Assembly: GCA_964016885.1 (NCBI GenBank)
Contig: OZ024748.1
Span: 39,184,001-39,248,000, forward strand
Reading direction: 5' to 3'
Length of the DNA: 64,000 bases
Source: Eledone cirrhosa
Taxonomy: Eukaryota
This document shows, piece by piece, positions 1 to 11,822 of this stretch. The notes under the pieces are model-generated. The model did not search any database. It had not been told where the DNA came from and saw nothing but the letters and a program-made list of their open reading frames with translations. How positions within the stretch are numbered: position 1 is the stretch's first letter; each line of letters starts with the position of its first letter. The position numbers and the translations under genes are program-made.

Positions 1-911
1 CACTGTATATGTCATTAACCCTTTCATTACCAGATTTCTAATGAAAGACACTCTCTATTTCATTAACCCTTTCATTACCATATTTCTAATGAAAGACACT
101 GTCTATTTCATTAACCCTTTCATTACCATATTTCTAATGAAAGACACTGTCTATTTCATTAAACCTTTCATTACCATATTTCTAATGAAAGACACTGTCT
201 ATGTCATTAACTCTTTCATTACCATATTTCTAATGAAAGACACTGTCTATGTCATTAACCCTTTCATTACCATATTTTTAATGAAAGTCACTGTCTATGT
301 CATTAACACTTTCATTACCATATTTCTAATGAAAGACACTGTCTATGTCAGTAACCCTTTCATTACCATATTTCTAATGAAAGTCACTGTCTATGTCATT
401 AACCCTTTCATTACCATATTTCTAATGAAAGTCACTGTCTATGTCATTAACCCTTTCATTACCATATTTCTAATGAAAGACACTGTCTATGTCATTAACC
501 TTTCATTACCATATTTCTAATGAAAGACACTGTCTATGTGATTAACCCTTTCATTACCATATTTCTAATGAAAGTCACTGTCTATGTCATTAACCCTTTC
601 ATTACCATATTTCTAATGAAAGACACTGTCTATGTCATTAACCCTTTCATTACCATATTTCTAATAAACGTCACTGTCTATGTCATTAACCCTTTCATTA
701 CCATATTTCTAATGAAAGTTACTGTCTATGTCATTAACCCTTTCATTACCATATTTCTAATGAAAGACACATTCTATGTCATTAATCCTTTCATTACCAT
801 ATTTCTAATGGAAGTCACTGTCTATGTCATTAACCCTTTCATTACCATATTTCTAATGAAAGTCACTGTCTATGTCATTAAACCTTTCATTACCATATTT
901 CTAATGAAAGT

Positions 912-3900
912 CACTGTCTATGTAATTAACCCTTTCATTACCATATTTCTAATGAAAGACACTGTCTATGTCATTAACCCTTTCATTACCATATTTCTAA
1001 TGAAAGTCACTGTCTATGTCATTAACCCTTTCATTACCATATTTCTAATGAAAGACACTGTCTATGTCATTAACCCTTTCATTACCATATTTCTAATAAA
1101 AGTCACTGTCTATGTCATTAACCCTTTCATTACCATATTTCTAATGAAAGTCACTGTCTATGTCATTAACCCTTTCATTACCATATTTCTAATGAAAGAC
1201 ACATTCTATGTCATTAATCCATTCATTACCATATTTCTAATGGAAGTCACTGTCTATGTCATTAACCCTTTCATTACCATATTTCTAATGAAAGTCACTG
1301 TTTATGTCATTAACCCTTTCATTACCATATTTCTAATGAAAGACACTGTCTATGTGATTAACCCTGTCATTACCATATTTCTAATGAAAGTCACTGTCTA
1401 TGTCATTAACCCTTTCATTACCATATTTCTAATGAAAGACACTGTCTATGTCATTAACCCTGTCATTACTATATTTCTAATGAAAGACACTGCCTATGTC
1501 ATTAACCCTTTCATTATCATATTTCTTATGAAAGACACTGTCTATGTCATTAACACTTTATTATCATATTTCTAATGAAAGGCACTGTCTATGTCATTAA
1601 CCCTTTATTATCATATTTCTAATGAGAGACACTGTCTATGTCATTAACCCTTTCATTAACATATTTCTCACAAAAGACACTGCCTGTGTCCATATTACCA
1701 TATATCTAATGAAAGACACTGTCTATGTCATTAACTCTTTCATTACCATATTTCTAATGAAAGACACTGCCAATGTCATTAACCCTTTCATTACCATATT
1801 TCTGACACTGTCTATGTTATTAACCCTTTCATCATCATATTTCTAATAAAAAACACTGTCTATGTCATTAACCCTGTCATTACCATATTTCTAATGAAAG
1901 ACACTGCCGATGTCATTAACCCTTTCATTACCATATTTCTGAGACTGTCTATTTCATTAACCCTTTCATTACCATATTTCTAATGAAAGACACTGTCTAT
2001 GTCATTAACCCTTTCATTACCAGATTTCTAATGAAAGACACTCTCTATTTCATTAACCCTTTCATTACCATATTTCTAATGAAAGACACTGTCTATTTCA
2101 TTAACCCTTTCATTACCATTTTTCTAATGAAAGACACTGTCTATTTCATTAAACCTTTCATTACCATATTTCTAATGAAAGACACTGTCTATGTCATTAA
2201 CTCTTTCATTACCATATTTCTAATGAAAGACACTGTCTATGTCATTAACCCTTTCATTACCATATTTTTAATGAAAGTCACTGTCTATGTCATTAACACT
2301 TTCATTACCATATTTCTAATGAAAGACACTGTCTATGTCAGTAACCCTTTCATTACCATATTTCTAATGAAAGTCACTGTCTATGTCATTAACCCTTTCA
2401 TTACCATATTTCTAATGAAAGTCACTGTCTATGTCATTAACCCTTTCATTACCATATTTCTAATGAAAGACACTGTCTATGTCATTAACCCTTTCATTAC
2501 CATATTTCTAATGAAAGTCACTGTCTATGTCATTGACCCTTTCATTACCATATTTCTAATGAAAGTCACTGTCTATGTCATTAACCCTTTCATTACCATA
2601 TTTCTAATGAAAGTCACTGTCTATTTCATTAACCTTTCATTACCATATTTCTAATGAAAGACACTGTCTATGTGATTAACCCTTTCATTACCATATTTCT
2701 AATGAAAGTCACTGTCTATGTCATTAACCCTTTCATTACCATATTTCTAATGAAAGACACTGTCTATGTCATTAACCCTTTCATTACCATATTTCTAATG
2801 AAAGACACTGTCTATTTCATTAACCCTTTCATTACCATATTTCTAATGAAAGACACTGTCTATGTCAGTAACCCTTTCATTACCATATTTCTAATGAAAG
2901 ACACTGTCTATGTCATTAACCCTTTCATTACCATATTTCTAATGAAAGACACTGTCTATTTCATTAACCCTTTCATTACCATATTTCTAATGAAAGTCAC
3001 TGTCTATGTCATTAACCCTTTCATTACCATATTTCTAATGAAAGTCACTGTCTATGTCATTAACCCTTTCATTACCATATTTCTAATGAAAGACACAGTC
3101 TATGTCATTAATCCTTTCATTACCATATTTCTAATGAAAGACACTGTCTATGTAATTAACCCTTTCATTACCATATTTCTAATGAAAGACACTGTCTATG
3201 TCATTAACCCTTTCATTACCATATTTCTAATGAAAGTCACTGTCTATGTCATTAACCCTTTCATTACCATATTTCTAATGAAAGACACTGTCTATGTCAT
3301 TAACCCTTTCATTACCATATTTCTAATAAAAGTCACTGTCTATGTCATTAACCCTTTCATTACCATATTTCTAATGAAAGTCACTGTCTATGTCATTAAC
3401 CCTTTCATTACCATATTTCTAATGAAAGACACATTCTATGTCATTAATCCATTCATTACCATATTTCTAATGGAAGTCACTGTCTATGTCATTAACCCTT
3501 TCATTACCATATTTCTAATGAAAGTCACTGTTTATGTCATTAACCCTTTCATTACCATATTTCTAATGAAAGACACTGTCTATGTGATTAACCCTGTCAT
3601 TACCATATTTCTAATGAAAGTCACTGTCTATGTCATTAACCCTTTCATTACCATATTTCTAATGAAAGACACTGTCTATGTCATTAACCCTGTCATTACT
3701 ATATTTCTAATGAAAGACACTGCCTATGTCATTAACCCTTTCATTATCATATTTCTTATGAAAGACACTGTCTATGTCATTAACACTTTATTATCATATT
3801 TCTAATGAAAGGCACTGTCTATGTCATTAACCCTTTATTATCATATTTCTAATGAGAGACACTGTCTATGTCATTAACCCTTTCATTAACATATTTCTCA

Positions 3901-5383
3901 CAAAAGACACTGCCTGTGTCCATATTACCATATATCTAATGAAAGACACTGTCTATGTCATTAACTCTTTCATTACCATATTTCTAATGAAAGACACTGC
4001 CAATGTCATTAACCCTTTCATTACCATATTTCTGACACTGTCTATGTTATTAACCCTTTCATCATCATATTTCTAATAAAAAACACTGTCTATGTCATTA
4101 ACCCTGTCATTACCATATTTCTAATGAAAGACACTGCCGATGTCATTAACCCTTTCATTACCATATTTCTGAGACTGTCTATTTCATTAACCCTTTCATT
4201 ACCATATTTCTAATGAAAGACACTGTCTATGTCATTAACCCTTTCATTACCAGATTTCTAATGAAAGACACTCTCTATTTCATTAACCCTTTCATTACCA
4301 TATTTCTAATGAAAGACACTGTCTATTTCATTAACCCTTTCATTACCATTTTTCTAATGAAAGACACTGTCTATTTCATTAAACCTTTCATTACCATATT
4401 TCTAATGAAAGACACTGTCTATGTCATTAACTCTTTCATTACCATATTTCTAATGAAAGACACTGTCTATGTCATTAACCCTTTCATTACCATATTTTTA
4501 ATGAAAGTCACTGTCTATGTCATTAACACTTTCATTACCATATTTCTAATGAAAGACACTGTCTATGTCAGTAACCCTTTCATTACCATATTTCTAATGA
4601 AAGTCACTGTCTATGTCATTAACCCTTTCATTACCATATTTCTAATGAAAGTCACTGTCTATGTCATTAACCCTTTCATTACCATATTTCTAATGAAAGA
4701 CACTGTCTATGTCATTAACCCTTTCATTACCATATTTCTAATGAAAGTCACTGTCTATGTCATTGACCCTTTCATTACCATATTTCTAATGAAAGTCACT
4801 GTCTATGTCATTAACCCTTTCATTACCATATTTCTAATGAAAGTCACTGTCTATTTCATTAACCTTTCATTACCATATTTCTAATGAAAGACACTGTCTA
4901 TGTGATTAACCCTTTCATTACCATATTTCTAATGAAAGTCACTGTCTATGTCATTAACCCTTTCATTACCATATTTCTAATGAAAGACACTGTCTATGTC
5001 ATTAACCCTTTCATTACCATATTTCTAATGAAAGACACTGTCTATTTCATTAACCCTTTCATTACCATATTTCTAATGAAAGACACTGTCTATGTCAGTA
5101 ACCCTTTCATTACCATATTTCTAATGAAAGACACTGTCTATGTCATTAACCCTTTCATTACCATATTTCTAATGAAAGACACTGTCTATTTCATTAACCC
5201 TTTCATTACCATATTTCTAATGAAAGTCACTGTCTATGTCATTAACCCTTTCATTACCATATTTCTAATGAAAGTCACTGTCTATGTCATTAACCCTTTC
5301 ATTACCATATTTCTAATGAAAGACACAGTCTATGTCATTAATCCTTTCATTACCATATTTCTAATGAAAGACACTGTCTATGT
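912..5383 (+). repeat. Tandem duplication, period 2230 bp (47 monomers)
   Basis: Landmarks are offset by 2230: tgtaatt 921/3151, ORFs 1622/3852, 1983/4213, 2654/4884. 47x48 minus the indels (1+1+9+7+7+1) equals 2230. Boundaries approximate. Confidence 0.9.
980..1006. other. Per-monomer inverted repeat CTTTCATTA-N9-TAATGAAAG (representative copy)
   Basis: A perfect 9-bp inverted repeat around the spacer CCATATTTC, present in every consensus monomer. Confidence 0.9.
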
Positions 5384-8300
5384 CATTAACCCTTTCATTA
5401 CCATATTTCTAATGAAAGTCACTGTCTATGTCATTAACCCTTTCATTACCATTTTTCTAATGAAAGACACTGTCTATGTCATTAACCCTTTCATTAACAT
5501 ATTTCTCACAAAAGACACTGCCTATGTCCATATTACCATATATCTAATGAAAGACACTGTCTATGTCATTAACTCTTTCATTACCATATTTCTAATGAAA
5601 GACACTGTCTATTTCATTAACCCTTTCATTACCTTATTTCTAATGAAAGACACTGCCAATGTCATTAACCCTTTCATTACCATATTTCTGACACTGTCTA
5701 TGTCATTAACCCTTTCATCATCATATTTCTAATAAAAGACACTGTTTATGTCATTAACCCTATCATTACCTTATTTCTAATGAAAGACACTGTCTATGTC
5801 ATTAACCCTGTCATTACCATATTTCTAATGAAAGACACTGCCGATGTCATTAACCCTTTCATTACCATATTTCTGAGACTGTCTATTTCATTAACCCTTT
5901 CATTACCATATTTCTAATGAAAGACACTGTCTATATCATTAACCCTTTCATTACCATATTTCTAATGAAAGACACTGTCTATTTCATTAACCCTTTCATT
6001 ACCATATTTCTAATGAAAGACACTGTCTATTTCATTAAACCTTTCATTACCATATTTCTAATGAAAGACACTGTCTATTTCATTAACCCTTTCATTACCA
6101 TATTTCTAATGAAATACACTGTCTATGTCCGTAACCCTTTCATTACCATATTTCTAATGAAAGACACTGTCTATTTCATTAACCCTTTCATTACCATATT
6201 TCTAATGAAAGACACTGTCTATGTCATTAACCCTTTCATTACCATATTTCTAATGAAAGACACTGTCTATGTGATTAACCCTTTCATTACCATATTTCTA
6301 ATGAAAGACACTGTCTATTTCATTAAACCTTTCATTACCATATTTCTAATGAAAGACACTGTCTATTTCATTAACCCTTTCATTACCATATTTCTAATGA
6401 AAGACACTGTCTATGTCATTAACCCTATCATTACCTTATTTCTAATGAAAGACACTGTCTATGTCATTAACCCTGTCATTACCATATTTCTAATGAAAGA
6501 CACTGCCGATGTCATTAACCCTTTCATTACCATATTTCTAATGAAAGACACTGTCTATGTCATTAACCCTTTCATTACCATATTTCTAATGAAAGACACT
6601 GTCTATTTCATTAACCCTTTCATTACCATATTTCTAATGAAAGACACTGGACTATTTCATTAACCCTTTCATTACCATATTTCTAATGAAAGACACTGTC
6701 TATTTCATTAACCCTTTCATTACCATATTTCTAATGAAAGACACTGTCTATTTCATTAACCCTTTCATTACCATATTTCTAATGAAAGACACTGTCTATT
6801 TCATTAAGCCTTTCATTACCATATTTCTAATGAAAGACACTGTCTATTTCATTAACCCTTTCATTACCATATTTCTAATGAAAGACACTGTCTATGTCAT
6901 TAACCCTTTCATTACCATATTTCTAATGAAAGACACTGTCTATGTCATTAACCCTTTCATTACCATATTTCTAATGAACGTCACTGTCTATGTCATTAAC
7001 ACTTTCATTACCATATTTCTAATGATAGTCACTGTCTATGTCATTAACCCTTTCATTACCATATTTCTAATGAAAGTCACTGTCTATGTCATTAACCCTT
7101 TCATTACCATATTTCTAATGAAAGTCACTGTCTATGTCATTAACCCTTTCATTACCATATTTCTAATGAAAGACACTGTCTATGTCATTAACCCTTTCAT
7201 TACCATATTTCTAATGAAAGTCACTGTCTATGTCATTAAGCCTTTCATTGCCATATTTCTAATGAAAGTCACTGTCTATGTCATTAACCCTTTCATTACC
7301 ATATTTCTAATGAAAGACACTGTCTATTTCATTAACCCTTTCATTACCATATTTCTAATGAAAGACACTGTCTATGTCAGTAACCCTTTCATTACCATAT
7401 TTCTAATGAAAGACACTGTCTATGTCATTAACCCTTTCATTACCATATTTCTAATGAAAGACACTGTCTATTTCATTAACCCTTTCATTACCATATTTCT
7501 AATGAAAGTCACTGTCTATGTCATTAACCCTTTCATTACCATATTTCTAATGAAAGTCACTGTCTATGTCATTAACCCTTTCATTACCATATTTCTAATG
7601 AAAGACACAGTCTATGTCATTAATCCTTTCATTACCATATTTCTAATGAAAGACACTGTCTATGTAATTAACCCTTTCATTACCATATTTCTAATGAAAG
7701 ACACTGTCTATGTCATTAACCCTTTCATTACCATATTTCTAATGAAAGTCACTGTCTATGTCATTAACCCTTTCATTACCATATTTCTAATGAAAGACAC
7801 TGTCTATGTCATTAACCCTTTCATTACCATATTTCTAATAAAAGTCACTGTCTATGTCATTAACCCTTTCATTACCATATTTCTAATGAAAGTCACTGTC
7901 TATGTCATTAACCCTTTCATTACCATATTTCTAATGAAAGACACATTCTATGTCATTAATCCATTCATTACCATATTTCTAATGGAAGTCACTGTCTATG
8001 TCATTAACCCTTTCATTACCATATTTCTAATGAAAGTCACTGTTTATGTCATTAACCCTTTCATTACCATATTTCTAATGAAAGACACTGTCTATGTGAT
8101 TAACCCTGTCATTACCATATTTCTAATGAAAGTCACTGTCTATGTCATTAACCCTTTCATTACCATATTTCTAATGAAAGACACTGTCTATGTCATTAAC
8201 CCTGTCATTACTATATTTCTAATGAAAGACACTGCCTATGTCATTAACCCTTTCATTATCATATTTCTTATGAAAGACACTGTCTATGTCATTAACACTT

Positions 8301-11300
8301 TATTATCATATTTCTAATGAAAGGCACTGTCTATGTCATTAACCCTTTATTATCATATTTCTAATGAGAGACACTGTCTATGTCATTAACCCTTTCATTA
8401 ACATATTTCTCACAAAAGACACTGCCTGTGTCCATATTACCATATATCTAATGAAAGACACTGTCTATGTCATTAACTCTTTCATTACCATATTTCTAAT
8501 GAAAGACACTGCCAATGTCATTAACCCTTTCATTACCATATTTCTGACACTGTCTATGTTATTAACCCTTTCATCATCATATTTCTAATAAAAAACACTG
8601 TCTATGTCATTAACCCTGTCATTACCATATTTCTAATGAAAGACACTGCCGATGTCATTAACCCTTTCATTACCATATTTCTGAGACTGTCTATTTCATT
8701 AACCCTTTCATTACCATATTTCTAATGAAAGACACTGTCTATGTCATTAACCCTTTCATTACCAGATTTCTAATGAAAGACACTCTCTATTTCATTAACC
8801 CTTTCATTACCATATTTCTAATGAAAGACACTGTCTATTTCATTAACCCTTTCATTACCATTTTTCTAATGAAAGACACTGTCTATTTCATTAAACCTTT
8901 CATTACCATATTTCTAATGAAAGACACTGTCTATGTCATTAACTCTTTCATTACCATATTTCTAATGAAAGACACTGTCTATGTCATTAACCCTTTCATT
9001 ACCATATTTTTAATGAAAGTCACTGTCTATGTCATTAACACTTTCATTACCATATTTCTAATGAAAGACACTGTCTATGTCAGTAACCCTTTCATTACCA
9101 TATTTCTAATGAAAGTCACTGTCTATGTCATTAACCCTTTCATTACCATATTTCTAATGAAAGTCACTGTCTATGTCATTAACCCTTTCATTACCATATT
9201 TCTAATGAAAGACACTGTCTATGTCATTAACCCTTTCATTACCATATTTCTAATGAAAGTCACTGTCTATGTCATTGACCCTTTCATTACCATATTTCTA
9301 ATGAAAGTCACTGTCTATGTCATTAACCCTTTCATTACCATATTTCTAATGAAAGTCACTGTCTATTTCATTAACCTTTCATTACCATATTTCTAATGAA
9401 AGACACTGTCTATGTGATTAACCCTTTCATTACCATATTTCTAATGAAAGTCACTGTCTATGTCATTAACCCTTTCATTACCATATTTCTAATGAAAGAC
9501 ACTGTCTATGTCATTAACCCTTTCATTACCATATTTCTAATGAAAGACACTGTCTATTTCATTAACCCTTTCATTACCATATTTCTAATGAAAGACACTG
9601 TCTATGTCAGTAACCCTTTCATTACCATATTTCTAATGAAAGACACTGTCTATGTCATTAACCCTTTCATTACCATATTTCTAATGAAAGACACTGTCTA
9701 TTTCATTAACCCTTTCATTACCATATTTCTAATGAAAGTCACTGTCTATGTCATTAACCCTTTCATTACCATATTTCTAATGAAAGTCACTGTCTATGTC
9801 ATTAACCCTTTCATTACCATATTTCTAATGAAAGACACAGTCTATGTCATTAATCCTTTCATTACCATATTTCTAATGAAAGACACTGTCTATGTCATTA
9901 ACCCTTTCATTACCATATTTCTAATGAAAGTCACTGTCTATGTCATTAACCCTTTCATTACCATTTTTCTAATGAAAGACACTGTCTATGTCATTAACCC
10001 TTTCATTAACATATTTCTCACAAAAGACACTGCCTATGTCCATATTACCATATATCTAATGAAAGACACTGTCTATGTCATTAACTCTTTCATTACCATA
10101 TTTCTAATGAAAGACACTGTCTATTTCATTAACCCTTTCATTACCTTATTTCTAATGAAAGACACTGCCAATGTCATTAACCCTTTCATTACCATATTTC
10201 TGACACTGTCTATGTCATTAACCCTTTCATCATCATATTTCTAATAAAAGACACTGTTTATGTCATTAACCCTATCATTACCTTATTTCTAATGAAAGAC
10301 ACTGTCTATGTCATTAACCCTGTCATTACCATATTTCTAATGAAAGACACTGCCGATGTCATTAACCCTTTCATTACCATATTTCTGAGACTGTCTATTT
10401 CATTAACCCTTTCATTACCATATTTCTAATGAAAGACACTGTCTATATCATTAACCCTTTCATTACCATATTTCTAATGAAAGACACTGTCTATTTCATT
10501 AACCCTTTCATTACCATATTTCTAATGAAAGACACTGTCTATTTCATTAAACCTTTCATTACCATATTTCTAATGAAAGACACTGTCTATTTCATTAACC
10601 CTTTCATTACCATATTTCTAATGAAATACACTGTCTATGTCCGTAACCCTTTCATTACCATATTTCTAATGAAAGACACTGTCTATTTCATTAACCCTTT
10701 CATTACCATATTTCTAATGAAAGACACTGTCTATGTCATTAACCCTTTCATTACCATATTTCTAATGAAAGACACTGTCTATGTGATTAACCCTTTCATT
10801 ACCATATTTCTAATGAAAGACACTGTCTATTTCATTAAACCTTTCATTACCATATTTCTAATGAAAGACACTGTCTATTTCATTAACCCTTTCATTACCA
10901 TATTTCTAATGAAAGACACTGTCTATGTCATTAACCCTATCATTACCTTATTTCTAATGAAAGACACTGTCTATGTCATTAACCCTGTCATTACCATATT
11001 TCTAATGAAAGACACTGCCGATGTCATTAACCCTTTCATTACCATATTTCTAATGAAAGACACTGTCTATGTCATTAACCCTTTCATTACCATATTTCTA
11101 ATGAAAGACACTGTCTATTTCATTAACCCTTTCATTACCATATTTCTAATGAAAGACACTGGACTATTTCATTAACCCTTTCATTACCATATTTCTAATG
11201 AAAGACACTGTCTATTTCATTAACCCTTTCATTACCATATTTCTAATGAAAGACACTGTCTATTTCATTAACCCTTTCATTACCATATTTCTAATGAAAG

Positions 11301-11822
11301 ACACTGTCTATTTCATTAAGCCTTTCATTACCATATTTCTAATGAAAGACACTGTCTATTTCATTAACCCTTTCATTACCATATTTCTAATGAAAGACAC
11401 TGTCTATGTCATTAACCCTTTCATTACCATATTTCTAATGAAAGACACTGTCTATGTCATTAACCCTTTCATTACCATATTTCTAATGAACGTCACTGTC
11501 TATGTCATTAACACTTTCATTACCATATTTCTAATGATAGTCACTGTCTATGTCATTAACCCTTTCATTACCATATTTCTAATGAAAGTCACTGTCTATG
11601 TCATTAACCCTTTCATTACCATATTTCTAATGAAAGTCACTGTCTATGTCATTAACCCTTTCATTACCATATTTCTAATGAAAGACACTGTCTATGTCAT
11701 TAACCCTTTCATTACCATATTTCTAATGAAAGTCACTGTCTATGTCATTAAGCCTTTCATTGCCATATTTCTAATGAAAGTCACTGTCTATGTCATTAAC
11801 CCTTTCATTACCATATTTCTAA
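2758..11822 (+). repeat. Tandem duplication, period 4512 bp (95 monomers)
   Basis: ORF landmarks are offset by 4512: 3852/8364, 4213/8725, 4884/9396, 5917/10429, 6686/11198. The private variant cactggacta occurs at about 6650 and 11161. The match ends at aaggaaag (11823). Confidence 0.92.
5460..5916 (+). repeat. Landmark cassette A (representative copy): ordered diverged monomers including a 39-bp and two 41-bp units
   Basis: Order: ttaacatatttctcacaaaagacactgcc, 39-bp gtccatattaccatatatc, aactct, gccaat, 41-bp tttctgacac with catcatc, ataaaa/gttta/cctatc/cctta, cctgtc, gccgat, 41-bp tttctgagact. About 30 full or partial copies lie between 1.6 and 63.4 kb. Confidence 0.92.

Noticed and set aside
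975-981. Telomeric repeat (TAACCCT matches the C strand of TTAGGG)
   Set aside because: There is only one hexamer per 48 bp, never in tandem. GGG tracts are about 45 nt apart, so no canonical G-quadruplex forms.
980-1006. Rho-independent terminator
   Set aside because: The stem is AT-rich with no following U-tract and no gene context.
997-1030. Satellite-encoded hammerhead ribozyme (CTAATGA resembles CUGAUGA; GAAA present)
   Set aside because: The essential core G is an A, and GAAA overlaps the motif rather than following stem II. I could not build a three-way junction on either strand by eye; a covariance-model search would be definitive.
2758-11822. 4512 bp is an exact multiple of 48, suggesting phase conservation
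   Set aside because: The indels happen to sum to -48. Other periods (2230, 2042, 6373, 1800, 4470, 2871) are not multiples of 48.
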